DNA of 64,000 bases from a virus (IMGVR_UViG_3300013121_000036:1-64000); one strand, 5' to 3'. Numbered from the stretch's first letter, positions 1 to 9,816 are shown. Notes: generated from the letters alone by a model not told the origin. Program-made: numbers and translations.

Positions 1-435
1 CCCGCTGCCTCCCTGACCCGAGCCACCAGACGGAGAAGCTCCGCCGCCCTGATCTCCCGCATGGCCGGACTCTCCGCCCGCTGGAGAAGGGTCTCCGCCT
101 GTGGATGCCGACCCTCCTGTTCCGCCTTCCGAAGAATTTCCGCCAGAGCCGCCTCCGACATCCTCATGCCCTCCGCCGCCGCCAGTTCCTCCCGCGCCAG
201 ACCCAGCAGTTGCTCCGCCAGCTCCTGCCGTTCCTGAGCGGCCAGAGCCGCCCTGATGTGAGCCTCCAGCAGGGTGATGGACCGTGCCACCTCCTCCTGA
301 CACCTGGCTTGTCCCAGCCGATGATCCTCCAAGACCTGATCCAACGTCACGTCCAACATCACGTTCTCCTTCGCTGATACCAAAAGACTCGCCGCCGCAG
401 GCCGAAAGAATCATGACCAAGACAAGGTTTCTCAT
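1..435 (-). CDS. Gly/Ser-rich lipoprotein (3' end runs off the window)
   Basis: Not in the ORF track. Minus strand from ATG 435 reads MRNLVLVMILSAC-GGESFG... (signal peptide plus lipobox), then an open G/S-rich tract to position 1. ATGA overlap with the upstream gene's stop. Confidence 0.8.
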   Translation of the reverse strand, partial: MRNLVLVMILSACGGESFGISEGERDVGRDVGSGLGGSSAGTSQVSGGGGTVHHPAGGSHQGGSGRSGTAGAGGATAGSGAGGTGGGGGHEDVGGGSGGNSSEGGTGGSASTGGDPSPAGGESGHAGDQGGGASPSGGSGQGGSG

Positions 436-884
436 TTCTTTTCCTCTTGCGGAAGGTTGAGCACTTTCTTCTCCGCTGTCAACCTGGCGCCGACAACAAG
501 ATCGTGCATGAGCCGAAGATGAAGAATTAGGCAGGCGTTGGTGTGACCTACAACTCCTGGCCCAATGACAGCGAACCGTCGCAACCACTCGACGACCTGC
601 CTGGCCAACTCCGCTCCCTTGCCCAGCCCGCCGTATATCTTCGCGGCTCGGATGAGTCCTGGTGTGAAAGCCAGCGGAACGGCAAAGCTCCAGCGAACGC
701 CGGGGGCGACCTCTATGCCGTCTCCGATACCGTAGGCCGCGGTTGTCGTGAACATCATGCCTGCCTTGCACCCGTGCGCCCTGACACGGCTGGCGAAGCT
801 CAGCAGGATGCCCTTCTCGTCCTCGTTCATCGTCCCGTTGCACCCCTCCAGAACGGTCATGTAAGGGTGCACCTCGACAACCAT
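432..884 (-). CDS. hypothetical protein (start uncertain)
   Basis: Fills the gap between flanking minus-strand genes; stop overlaps the next ATG. Frame is open to 1040. Confidence 0.5.
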   Translation of the reverse strand: MVVEVHPYMTVLEGCNGTMNEDEKGILLSFASRVRAHGCKAGMMFTTTAAYGIGDGIEVAPGVRWSFAVPLAFTPGLIRAAKIYGGLGKGAELARQVVEWLRRFAVIGPGVVGHTNACLILHLRLMHDLVVGARLTAEKKVLNLPQEEKK

Positions 885-954
885 CCTCAGGGACCCGTCG
901 GGCCCGACGACCTTGATGGTGAACACGGTCGGCGGGTCAACGATGACGGCTGCC

Positions 955-1533
955 TCATGTGATGGTGCGCCAGATCGCGCTCGCCCACGCGCTGTTTCCC
1001 GCGATGGTTGGGTGGATTTGGTCAGGGCCTCGTTCAACATCGATCTCCGAGCTGTCGAAGATAGCTGCTCCGCTTTGCTCGACAGATGCCCTCACTGTAG
1101 CCACGTCTATGCGAGCGGGCATGGTTGGAGGAACCACCCAGAGAACCTTTGCCCCCATCGCCTGAGCCATGGCCACGAATGACGCCGCCCTGCCGGCAAA
1201 TGCTGGCATCAGGCTCGGCGCTGCCCCGTCGTTCGTTCCGAGAGAGACGATGACAAGCGTCGGCCTGTACTGGGAGATGGCCTCCTGAGCCCAGCCACCG
1301 TCGAGCCACTGGTCGAGCCTCGTACTCACCCGCCCGTCGCCCACGAACCAGATGCCGTCCGCCTCGGCGAGCTGAGACATTGGCCTCGAAAGGCCCTGAG
1401 CGAGCGAGTCACCCAGAAGCAAGACCCTGTCCTCCGGCCCCACTTTCAGCCTACTTCCCGCCCAGATCGGGATGGCGACGACGGTCACTGCCAGGGCGGC
1501 AGCGAGCAGATAGGCAAGCTCTTTGGAATTCAT
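955..1533 (-). CDS. SGNH/GDSL hydrolase with N-terminal TM anchor
   Basis: Blocks LLLGDSLA, SLGTNDG, DQIHP; hydrophobic N-terminus. Confidence 0.85.
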   Translation of the reverse strand: MNSKELAYLLAAALAVTVVAIPIWAGSRLKVGPEDRVLLLGDSLAQGLSRPMSQLAEADGIWFVGDGRVSTRLDQWLDGGWAQEAISQYRPTLVIVSLGTNDGAAPSLMPAFAGRAASFVAMAQAMGAKVLWVVPPTMPARIDVATVRASVEQSGAAIFDSSEIDVERGPDQIHPTIAGNSAWASAIWRTIT

Positions 1534-1557
1534 GGTCCGGTGAGGTAATTTAGCCAC

Positions 1558-2274
1558 ATGGCATCAGATTGGCGACAGGTCTGTCAAGGACCACGCTTTC
1601 GCTACCTCGACAACGGCCAGGTAGAGGTCGAGGGACAGGGCGTGATCCTTTCCAGCGACAACTACTGGGGAGACCTCGCCAACATCCCTCGCGTCCAGGC
1701 GGCCTTCGGTGACATGATCCAGGCGGCGTCGGAGAAGCACGGCGTGCCCCCGCTGTGGATGCGATCCATCGCTGTCGTCGAGGGTGGGTGGAAGTACCCT
1801 ACCTTCATCAACTCCGCGGGCGCCGGTGGAGTCATGGCCATGACTCCGGGGGCGTGGTTCGCAGGAACCGGCGTTCACCCGTCCTCCGACGACATCAAAG
1901 ACCCCGCCAAGAACATCGAGGCGAGCGCCGCCTTCTTGCGCACCCTCGTCGAAAAGCACGGTGACTTGCCCGCCGTGGCCGCGGCCTACAACGCCGGGGC
2001 CCCCAAGTGCTCTCCGACGACGAGGTGCAAGGACACCATAGGCGGGTCGTGGGACTTCGACGGCACCTCGGCCGAGAACAGCTTCGGGATGGTCGAGGAC
2101 TGCACAAACGGTAGAAGCAGCGCGTACTCCAGGCGCGCCGTGGAGATCAACAACACGCTCGTGGAAATGGGGTACGGGGGCACGTCATCCTCCGTGTCCG
2201 TCGAAAACGTGGTCGCCGCAGTCGTCGGGCTCGCTGCCGGGTTCGTCCTGTTTCGGAACTTTGTCAGGGGTTTA
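1558..2274 (+). CDS. lytic transglycosylase (SLT) with C-terminal TM anchor; ends at TTA
   Basis: AASEKHGVP..IAVVEGG, GAGGVM, NIEASAAFL, AAAYNAG motifs. TM plus basic tail, TTA at 2272, next ATG at 2277. Confidence 0.85.
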
Positions 2275-2276
2275 CG

Positions 2277-2519
2277 ATGCCAAGGGCTCTTGTTGGAATC
2301 ATCAAAAAGGCTTCGGAAAACGTGTTCCTGTCAACACATGCAAAAAGCATGAAGACGGATGCCTTTCCGAGCGAAACAAAAGCGAGAGAGCTGTTCTCTC
2401 GCGGGCAGATGGGCACAGCCAACCTCGTCTTCGAGAAGGCCGACGCCTACACAACGAACGTCTACTACGAATACGATGATAGGAGCACCCCTCCGAGCGA
2501 CGTTGTGCCGCCAGGATGA
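2277..2519 (+). CDS. hypothetical protein
   Basis: ATG with AGGGG upstream, directly after the TTA end of the SLT gene. Confidence 0.55.
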   Translation: MPRALVGIIKKASENVFLSTHAKSMKTDAFPSETKARELFSRGQMGTANLVFEKADAYTTNVYYEYDDRSTPPSDVVPPG

Positions 2520-2537
2520 CCATGCTATGGTCGATCT

Positions 2538-3317
2538 ATGACAACGATCGACCTCATCAACGCGAACAGCTACGACTACATGGCGGCCATGCCGGACAAG
2601 TGCGTGGACGTCACCATCTGTGACCCACCATACACGGAGCTTGTTCACAAGAACGCCAAGAGCTTTGACGGAAAGAGGGTGATGTACGCAGACATCAACT
2701 TCGACCCGCTGCAAAGCTACGACTTCGTTCGTCAGCTCCTTCGGGTGACAAAGAGGTGGGTAATCTGCTTCTGCGCACTTGAGCAGCTCGGCGACTACCA
2801 GAGGTCGTGCGGCAAGAAGGAATACGTCAGAAGCGGCGTGTACCGGAGGTGCCAGTCGACGCCGCAGATATCGGGAGACCGCCCTGGCCAGGCGTGTGAG
2901 GGCCTCGCCATCATGTCCTCCGAGCCCGACGACGAGCCCGAGGAGTACGGCGTGGCCATCATGCATCAGAAGGGCAAGAAGAAGTGGAACGGGCGCGGCT
3001 CCCATGCCTTCTGGCAGTTCGCCAGGGACCGAGGTCACAGGTTCCACCCGACGCAGAAGCCGATCCTGCTGATGGAGGACCTCGTCTACAACTTCTCGAA
3101 CGAGGGAGAGCTGGTCTTTGACCCGTTCATGGGCAGCGGCACGACGGGGGTGGCCGCTGCCCATCTGGGCCGCAACTTCCTCGGCATCGAGATTGACGAG
3201 AACATGTTCGGCGTGGCGAAGGCCCGCATCGACAACGAGCTTGGTGTCAGGATCCAGTACGCCTCTCGCGAGGATCAGGTCAAGAAGCAACTCCCACTCA
3301 TCGGAGTGCATACCTGA
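2538..3317 (+). CDS. N6-A/N4-C DNA methyltransferase (beta class)
   Basis: DPPY ... HPTQKP ... FDPFMGSGTTG ... GIEID. Confidence 0.92.
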   Translation: MTTIDLINANSYDYMAAMPDKCVDVTICDPPYTELVHKNAKSFDGKRVMYADINFDPLQSYDFVRQLLRVTKRWVICFCALEQLGDYQRSCGKKEYVRSGVYRRCQSTPQISGDRPGQACEGLAIMSSEPDDEPEEYGVAIMHQKGKKKWNGRGSHAFWQFARDRGHRFHPTQKPILLMEDLVYNFSNEGELVFDPFMGSGTTGVAAAHLGRNFLGIEIDENMFGVAKARIDNELGVRIQYASREDQVKKQLPLIGVHT

Positions 3318-4074
3318 AGAGCAGGAAGCCGGCGACGGCGCCCGCTGTCGCCGATGCCACCTTTCCCCATGGGAATCCAAGGGACAAGCTCCCGTCGAGG
3401 TACGGGACGAGGAACCCGTTCAGGATGCTAGGTCCGATCTTGTTGACGTGATCTCCGTGGGTGAAACGGCCACGGTAATCGAGGACGAAGAGTCCGCCGC
3501 TGTGGTAGTAAGCCTCTGGCGGCGGCACCCCATCGGGCACGTCCGATGGCGGCATGGGTTCTGGGGCAGCATCGGCCACGTTCGCCAAGACACACTCGTA
3601 TCCTGTCGAGTAGTCGGGCACGCCTGGACCGATGGCTGCACCAGACCCAGCTCCGCCACCGGCGGACGCGGTCAGCACGAAGAACTTCGATCCCGATGCC
3701 GCCATGTTCGCGAAGCGAACGTACCCAGGCTTCGTGAGAGCGCCTGGAGAAGAGAAGCACGAGTCCAGCGCCACCATGCCGTCGACAAGGTCTGCGTCAG
3801 TCTCCAGAAGCGCAGCGGCAAGGCCGTGGAAAGCGCTGAAGCCGGCGAGTACGACCTTGTCAAAGGAGTCTCTGCTGAGGCCATGAGCCGCGAGGAGAGA
3901 CGGCAAGATCCTCCCAGAGGAGTCTCTGTACGACGCGGCAAGGAGTCCGAACGAAGAAGACCCGATGCCTCCGTCAGGGCCCTGGTTGAGCACCAGCACC
4001 TGCGTGTCCTCGGGGAGCGCCACGGAGGCCAGGTTGCTCTTGTTGACGGGTCCACCCCAGATGAGGAGGTTCAT
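3298..4074 (-). CDS. alpha/beta-hydrolase-like protein with C-terminal TM anchor
   Basis: VVLAGFSA nucleophile-elbow-like motif, late His (FTHGDH), C-terminal TM. Confidence 0.6.
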   Translation of the reverse strand: MNLLIWGGPVNKSNLASVALPEDTQVLVLNQGPDGGIGSSSFGLLAASYRDSSGRILPSLLAAHGLSRDSFDKVVLAGFSAFHGLAAALLETDADLVDGMVALDSCFSSPGALTKPGYVRFANMAASGSKFFVLTASAGGGAGSGAAIGPGVPDYSTGYECVLANVADAAPEPMPPSDVPDGVPPPEAYYHSGGLFVLDYRGRFTHGDHVNKIGPSILNGFLVPYLDGSLSLGFPWGKVASATAGAVAGFLLFRYALR

Positions 4075-4430
4075 TGGTCAGGATCCAGTCCTTCGAGCTT
4101 CTCTGGAGAAGGTGAGTAGGCCCACATGATGAGAGCAAGATGTCGCCTTGTGGGGAGGCCATCGTACTTTCCAAAGGTCTCGTACTGGGCCTCTTTCCCG
4201 CCTTGCATTTGAGCCTTGTGCCTGGCGACGAAGTTGTTCCTCTTGTCCCACCACGTCTGACCGGACCTCGGATCAGTCATGTGCTTCAGCCTCTCCGGGT
4301 CACCGCCGGCAGCCTCGTAGGCCCTCATGAAGCCAAAGCTGCTCCTCGCCACCTCAGATACCCCCCTCTCGGCGGCAAGCCCCTCCCAAGCAAGGGCCTC
4401 TTCGAGTTCGAGAAACGGCGGTGCCCTCAT
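4071..4430 (-). CDS. hypothetical protein
   Basis: ATGA-coupled on both sides. Confidence 0.7.
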   Translation of the reverse strand: MRAPPFLELEEALAWEGLAAERGVSEVARSSFGFMRAYEAAGGDPERLKHMTDPRSGQTWWDKRNNFVARHKAQMQGGKEAQYETFGKYDGLPTRRHLALIMWAYSPSPEKLEGLDPDQ

Positions 4431-5116
4431 GGCTTCCTCGACGATGCGATAGATATGGTGGCCGCTCCAAGCGCGACGCCGGCCAAGAGAGCCAGGATCT
4501 GGGCTCCGGTCGGAGCGAACTCGCTATCGCCAGTCGGCACCTCTCCAGTGTTGAGAGCTGTCATGACAGCGGACGCTGCGATGGGAAAGACGACCCTGAC
4601 CTGAGCTTTGTGAGCCTCAGCGTCGTTGCCCTCGGCAGAGTAGACGATCAGCTTGCCAACACTGTGAACGGCCGGGTTGCTCGGTGGTCCGAACTTGTCG
4701 AGCACAAATCCTGTCAACCTCTCGGCCATCTCTGTCGTCGATGGAAACTGGACGCCTGGAACCTGAGAGTGCGTGATGGCCATCACGACTTGACCTGACC
4801 TGGCCATCTCCACGTACCTCTTCCACACGTCATAGCTGCCGTGGATGCCGTCACAGGCTATGATGGCAGCAGGTACCACGCCTCTCTGGAGCTGCACCCT
4901 GATGGCCTGGCACCCGGCGGACCATCCAACGAGGATGAGCCTCCCCGCCTGCGGCGGCGGAGAGACCTCGTTGGGGTCATGGTACGTGATGCCGGTCTCG
5001 TTGAAGATCGTGGCGTCGGGGAATGACGCCGCCAGCATCTGATCGAGAGGCTCCCCCATGTGGTACGCGATGACCACATCGGAAGAAGACCCTTGCTGCA
5101 CGACCCTCGGCGACAT
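4427..5116 (-). CDS. alpha/beta-hydrolase-like protein with C-terminal TM anchor
   Basis: LILVGWSAG (GxSxG), ACDGIH, AEAH; C-terminal TM; resembles 3298..4074. Confidence 0.65.
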   Translation of the reverse strand: MSPRVVQQGSSSDVVIAYHMGEPLDQMLAASFPDATIFNETGITYHDPNEVSPPPQAGRLILVGWSAGCQAIRVQLQRGVVPAAIIACDGIHGSYDVWKRYVEMARSGQVVMAITHSQVPGVQFPSTTEMAERLTGFVLDKFGPPSNPAVHSVGKLIVYSAEGNDAEAHKAQVRVVFPIAASAVMTALNTGEVPTGDSEFAPTGAQILALLAGVALGAATISIASSRKP

Positions 5117-5132
5117 CGCCTAAGAGTAGCAC

Positions 5133-5348
5133 TCACCCGTATTGTCGGGCGAAATCAAGCACCCTGGCGAGCGCCCTCCTCGGGTCGGAACACGGCCTGT
5201 CGAGCCTGTTCCCGGTCCTGGTGGAGATGACGTGGATGAACAGCCCGTTTGGCCTCGGCACGATGGCGAAGACGATGTACGGTGCATCGGCCACGACTCT
5301 CCACCCAAGATGAGGGTGCGTGGCCGGTGTTGGTGGCGTTTCGTTCAT
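5133..5348 (-). CDS. hypothetical protein
   Basis: ATG 5348 overlaps the upstream TGA. Confidence 0.5.
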   Translation of the reverse strand: MNETPPTPATHPHLGWRVVADAPYIVFAIVPRPNGLFIHVISTRTGNRLDRPCSDPRRALARVLDFARQYG

Positions 5349-5563
5349 CCCAGGAATGCTCCTGCTATGCGGCAGGCGCCTCGCCTGTCTGCGCCGCAAG
5401 AGTAGTGCAAGAGGCCGGCAAGGCCAAGGATGGCGGCTCCGCCCACCATGGCCACTCTCGCCCTCTCCCTTCCGTCCTCTGCGTCCATGAGGATGTTCCC
5501 AAGGTAGGCAGCGCCGAAGAGGATGGGGATCATGGCCAGAACGGTGGCGGAGTCTTCTGTCAT
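5345..5563 (-). CDS. small two-TM membrane protein
   Basis: MTEDSATVLAMIPILFGAAYL...; ATGA-coupled. Confidence 0.6.
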   Translation of the reverse strand: MTEDSATVLAMIPILFGAAYLGNILMDAEDGRERARVAMVGGAAILGLAGLLHYSCGADRRGACRIAGAFLG

Positions 5564-5772
5564 AGCCGCACCACAGAAACATTCTCTTTGATGTCCGGCG
5601 GCAGCTTCTCGAACTGCAAGAACGCCTCGACGACGTTGCCGAAGATGAGGCTCTGATGAGGCTCGTCGGACCACTCGACGGTGACGCGAGAAGCGACTCC
5701 GCCGACAGCGGCGTACTTGTTCTGCTTGGTGTCGTAGAAGGTGTATTTCATCTTGCCCAGCTCGAATACCAC
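5560..5772 (-). CDS. hypothetical protein
   Basis: Operon-packed ORF. Confidence 0.55.
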   Translation of the reverse strand: MVFELGKMKYTFYDTKQNKYAAVGGVASRVTVEWSDEPHQSLIFGNVVEAFLQFEKLPPDIKENVSVVRL

Positions 5773-5975
5773 GGCGCAGAGCTACTATCTACATCAAAGA
5801 TGGGGGCGCAAGACCTGTGAGTTCCCGTGTTCCCCCTGAGGGAGATTCGAGGGCCGTTCTCGTCCTCAAACTCAGGCAGATCGAGCCAAGCCAGGCCGGT
5901 GCACTGGCAGAAGTTGCACAGAATCCTGCCGCCAAGGCAGACAGGGCAAGTTGTCTGAACTATGGAACGCCTCAC
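5748..5975 (-). CDS. small Cys-rich (CxxC) protein
   Basis: CPVCLGG..CNFCQCTG. Confidence 0.45.
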   Translation of the reverse strand: MRRSIVQTTCPVCLGGRILCNFCQCTGLAWLDLPEFEDENGPRISLRGNTGTHRSCAPIFDVDSSSAPWYSSWAR

Positions 5976-5979
5976 GTCC

Positions 5980-6531
5980 TCACCTCAGCCCCTGTGGCCG
6001 CGGCCTCTGCCCTGAGCCTATCGTTTGCAGAAGGCAAGGCCCTGCGTACCCTATTTTGACTCCGAGAACGGTCTCAGCGATCGAGTCTGCTGCGCGCTCA
6101 ACGACGTCATCGTTTCGACAGCGCCACTCTTTCAGGATCCTCGTCGGCACGCCGTCGTTCGACGTTCTCCCAGCCGGCGTAAGGACCATTCCCGACTTCG
6201 ACGGCGACCACCTTCCTGGGTAGAGGAAGTCGGCGGCGTGGCCGAACTCGTGGGCTATGATGCCCATGGCCGTGGCCTCCGGCAGGTGCACCATGTGTGG
6301 GCTGATCATGAGCAGGCACCCATCAGTCCTGCAAGCAGCGAAGTGCCGGCCTCCGTCGTGAGCCTTCTCGCTGACCTCGACGCGACAAGATGCGATCTTG
6401 TCGAGGCCAGCACGAAGGAACGAAGCTCGCACCTCGGATACGTACGGCTCCAGCATCTTCGCGGCGGAACGCAGGTTGATGCTTGCATTCGCTGGGATGC
6501 ACTCCCACTTCTGCTTCCCGCCGCGAGACAT
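5980..6531 (-). CDS. zincin-like metallopeptidase
   Basis: IIAHEFGH (HExxH) and downstream E-R-A-A-D; TGATG coupling. Confidence 0.7.
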   Translation of the reverse strand: MSRGGKQKWECIPANASINLRSAAKMLEPYVSEVRASFLRAGLDKIASCRVEVSEKAHDGGRHFAACRTDGCLLMISPHMVHLPEATAMGIIAHEFGHAADFLYPGRWSPSKSGMVLTPAGRTSNDGVPTRILKEWRCRNDDVVERAADSIAETVLGVKIGYAGPCLLQTIGSGQRPRPQGLR

Positions 6532-6737
6532 CAGCCGTCTTCCTTGAGCCTCGTGATCTTCATGACCGCGGGCTTGTTGTTCTGCGGAGGGAAAAACATG
6601 AAGTGGTACTCGTCCAGCGCCGCATCGAGGGCAAAGCTGGCGTCTGGGATGCACATGTAGAACGGCTTCCCGTCGCGACCATCCTGCGTGCTGAAGGTGA
6701 GGGTGATCTCCGAGTTGGTGAACTTGCTGTCTTTCAT
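6531..6737 (-). CDS. hypothetical protein
   Basis: Coupled on both sides. Confidence 0.6.
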   Translation of the reverse strand: MKDSKFTNSEITLTFSTQDGRDGKPFYMCIPDASFALDAALDEYHFMFFPPQNNKPAVMKITRLKEDG

Positions 6738-7462
6738 TTTTCTTCTATCTCCCAGCCGAACGCGCAGTCGTCCGGCACCATGGCAGCCGCTTTCAGCGGC
6801 AGCTTTTCAAGGTTGACGTACCCGATCAGCTTCTTTCCCGTCGTCCTCCCAGCTCTCAGGAGGCACCCGTTCTTCTTGGTCCTGGCATAAACCAGAACGC
6901 ACTGGCCACCGCTGTCTACCTGGCCACCCTCGACACAGATGTGGCACTCGTTGCCCTCATCGTCAATGTACGTGTCGATGATGAACCCAACATGCTCGGC
7001 GCCGTCTTCTCCCTCCAGAAACGCATCGCCTGGCTTTCCGCTGTAGGACGGACCTTCCCACGCGCCAACGGCCTTCGCGCCATTTTGGAACATGGTAACG
7101 TTCCACCCCATCTTCCACGGGTGAAACGACGGTTCCTCGAACCACTCCTGGGTCGGCTGTTCCTTGTCGTCAGGGACACCGTCCCAGTCGTCGTCATCCC
7201 TGTTGATGAAGCGCTCGTCTCTGCACCCGGCGAGGCTGTAGATGGCGTTCGTGATGTCGGCGCAGGTGGAATACTTGCCGGACCACTTCGCCCGACCCTC
7301 GCACGCTTTCAGGAACAGGTCCACCTGTTCCTGAGTTCTTCCTCCCACGAGCCCAACGCCAGTCCCGATGAAGAGGCGTCCTATCTCCACGACGCCGTCG
7401 CGCCGTGCCGCTACGGCATCGGCATCTGGGCATCCGAGGTAGCTGAAGTAAACCCTCTTCAT
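6734..7462 (-). CDS. CHAP/NlpC-like cysteine amidase or peptidase
   Basis: YSTCAD ... KPGDAF ... EHVGFI ... VEGGQ (Cys-His pattern). Confidence 0.55.
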   Translation of the reverse strand: MKRVYFSYLGCPDADAVAARRDGVVEIGRLFIGTGVGLVGGRTQEQVDLFLKACEGRAKWSGKYSTCADITNAIYSLAGCRDERFINRDDDDWDGVPDDKEQPTQEWFEEPSFHPWKMGWNVTMFQNGAKAVGAWEGPSYSGKPGDAFLEGEDGAEHVGFIIDTYIDDEGNECHICVEGGQVDSGGQCVLVYARTKKNGCLLRAGRTTGKKLIGYVNLEKLPLKAAAMVPDDCAFGWEIEEK

Positions 7463-7917
7463 GCTTGGATGGGGGGCATCCCTGCCTTGGCCCGGAGGGT
7501 GTTGATGAGCCCAGCAGCCTGGCGCCAATTTGGGTCGGCGTGACACATGCCGCCCTGCATGGCTCGGCCGAGGAACGAGGCGCACTCAGATTTGGTCAAC
7601 CAACCGTCTGCGGCGTGACCACATGACATGCGCATCGAGGGACAGAACTCGGGGTCTGCCCCCTGCCGCTGCTGCCATGGAACGCCGATGGCGCTGGGGT
7701 TGACGCCGTGAGCCATCATGCAGACCTCACTCCACGGGGCCTCCCAGGAGTGGGCCATGCCGCACTGGCACACGTACGAGACCTGGACCCCGGTCTGGGC
7801 CATCTTCGTCGTCGCGCCAGCTCCCTGCTCGATGCCACCGTCGCCAAAGATGCCGCCCGTCGCCCCGAAAGCCTCGCGCTCGTAGCCGGCGAAGTGTCCA
7901 CGATCTTTGTTGTTCAC
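7459..7917 (-). CDS. hypothetical Cys-containing protein
   Basis: GGAG SD; coupled to the next gene. Confidence 0.65.
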   Translation of the reverse strand: MNNKDRGHFAGYEREAFGATGGIFGDGGIEQGAGATTKMAQTGVQVSYVCQCGMAHSWEAPWSEVCMMAHGVNPSAIGVPWQQRQGADPEFCPSMRMSCGHAADGWLTKSECASFLGRAMQGGMCHADPNWRQAAGLINTLRAKAGMPPIQA

Positions 7918-7918
7918 A

Positions 7919-8122
7919 TCAGTCTCCTTCGTTGGTCACGGAATCATACTCGCGCTTGCCATCCTTGGCAAGCCTGTCCGAGTCTGGGTCAACGCGCCTC
8001 AGCTTGGCCGTGGCTGCCCTTCGGGCGCCCTTGGCCCTCGCGTGCAACTCGTCAAGAGTCGCCAGGGCATCAGTCACGACTTGGAGCTGTGGAGCCTTGA
8101 TCGCTACGTTCGTCTTGCTCAT
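7919..8122 (-). CDS. hypothetical protein
   Basis: Operon-packed ORF. Confidence 0.6.
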   Translation of the reverse strand: MSKTNVAIKAPQLQVVTDALATLDELHARAKGARRAATAKLRRVDPDSDRLAKDGKREYDSVTNEGD

Positions 8123-8128
8123 GGCTCT

Positions 8129-8395
8129 TCACTTCGATGCCCTTTCGAGGCGGTCGATTGCGTCGGTGAGTTCTCGCTGGATGTCCAGCACTTTTCCTGT
8201 CACTGCCTGCGCGTCGGACACCCGAGCGTTGTTGATGCTGGCAAGCTCCGCATCTTTCTTTGCTATTGTGTCCATGAGGGCCTTCTCCCTCTCGCTGAAC
8301 CTCTGTTCGTCTCGGTACTTCAGCGCGACGACGAGGGCCAGCATGAGGCCAGGCAGACCATAGCTTGCGAGCGGTGCGACGATCTCGTTCGGCAT
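8129..8395 (-). CDS. single-TM coiled-coil protein (holin-like)
   Basis: YGLPGLMLALVVAL followed by a charged helix; TGATG coupling. Confidence 0.5.
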   Translation of the reverse strand: MPNEIVAPLASYGLPGLMLALVVALKYRDEQRFSEREKALMDTIAKKDAELASINNARVSDAQAVTGKVLDIQRELTDAIDRLERASK

Positions 8396-9366
8396 CAGCC
8401 GACCCCTGTCGAGATGTAAACGCCGAGTGCAGAGTTCTTGGTGTTGAACGGTATGGTCGTCGGCGACGATGTGTAGCCGGAGCGACCGAACAGGTAGCTC
8501 ATGAACCACTGGTCGGACGCAGCGTTGAAGTTGTACGTGGCGACCTCTGGGTCGACTCCTTCGCCAGGGGTCGGCATAACAGCGATGACAAGCTCATCGC
8601 CTTTGCACCTCGTCTCGTAGCACACGAAAGTTGTGGTGTGCGAGTCGGGGGTGCCCTGGTCGAGGATACCTTGCTCGTAGTACCCTTCGACAGCCGTCGA
8701 GTAGTCCGTGGGGGACTCGAAATTCCTGATCAGTGGACCCCGCAGCCTGGTTGTTCCGTTCAGATCGGCCCCCCACTCGGTGTGGGTCTTGATGGCGACA
8801 GGCCACAGGTTCTGCTTCGCGTCGCCGTAGTAGTTCGTTGCGCTCCCCACGCCAGGCTCTGCTTGCTGAAAGGCGATGGTCTCTCGGCAGCTCGGCACAA
8901 GGCGACGAAGCCTCGCGTTGTTGGCGTACAGCGCCGGGTCACCGCTGTCGTAGCCACGGTCAGAGACGAGGTGGAACGGCTTTCGAAGCTGGCGATACGT
9001 AGACGCCGAGCGAAGCCTCCAGATGAGGCTGTATTGGAACTCAGACCCGAGAGTCTGCTGATCTGGACCGTAGAACGGGAGCCACAGAAGGCACCTGGCT
9101 CCGAGTGGAACTGGTACCCCTGCGCACAGGTAAGGGTCAAACCCCGTGGTGTTGTTCGCGTAGCCACCAGGCGGAGGCACTCCGCCGTTCTCGCGAGCCT
9201 CGTTCGAGAGCTTTCCCCACGCCTGGGTCGAGATCGGGTCTAGCCCATCTGGCGTTTGGCTCTGATCGACGAGCACCAGTGGGTAGTTGATCGTCTTCCC
9301 CTGGTACCAGTCTTCGAAATTCTTGGGGCCCCTGAGGACCTTGGTCGTGCTGAAAGCGACATCCAT
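8395..9366 (-). CDS. hypothetical, probable virion protein
   Basis: 323 aa, rich in Y/G/P/T, in the fibre operon. Confidence 0.7.
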   Translation of the reverse strand: MDVAFSTTKVLRGPKNFEDWYQGKTINYPLVLVDQSQTPDGLDPISTQAWGKLSNEARENGGVPPPGGYANNTTGFDPYLCAGVPVPLGARCLLWLPFYGPDQQTLGSEFQYSLIWRLRSASTYRQLRKPFHLVSDRGYDSGDPALYANNARLRRLVPSCRETIAFQQAEPGVGSATNYYGDAKQNLWPVAIKTHTEWGADLNGTTRLRGPLIRNFESPTDYSTAVEGYYEQGILDQGTPDSHTTTFVCYETRCKGDELVIAVMPTPGEGVDPEVATYNFNAASDQWFMSYLFGRSGYTSSPTTIPFNTKNSALGVYISTGVG

Positions 9367-9369
9367 GCG

Positions 9370-9816
9370 TCATTCCTTGGCAAACAGCTCGTAGGCCATC
9401 CAGGCTGCCAGTCCAAAGCCTACCACGGCGGCTACGCCAGAAGAAACTCGCTCTTCCGCGGCCACATCCGTGGAAAGTGCCCTGTTGCCGTTGAAGACCG
9501 CCCCGCCGAGCGCCAGGCCGCCAACAGCCCCCTTCCATCCGTACCTGGCCATCCCGTACGAGGAGAGCGCCACGCTGCCCAAGACGCTCGCGTAAGCCCT
9601 GGATGGAGTGCCAGGCCGCTGGAGAAGGGGCGGCGGAGAGAGGGCCACCACGGGAGGAGGGGGCGAGTAGGAAGGCAGCGGTTGGCCACCTTGACCAGGA
9701 GCAGGGATGGCGCTCGCCTGTGCGGACTGAGCCGTGTACTGCTCCGGCGGCGCCATGGGCGCCGAAGGGATCTCGGCGGACAGGTCCGGTAGGTCACCGA
9801 CGAGGAGGTCGTTCAT
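9370..9816 (-). CDS. Pro-rich multi-TM membrane protein
   Basis: Pro-rich N-half, three hydrophobic segments. Confidence 0.7.
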   Translation of the reverse strand: MNDLLVGDLPDLSAEIPSAPMAPPEQYTAQSAQASAIPAPGQGGQPLPSYSPPPPVVALSPPPLLQRPGTPSRAYASVLGSVALSSYGMARYGWKGAVGGLALGGAVFNGNRALSTDVAAEERVSSGVAAVVGFGLAAWMAYELFAKE

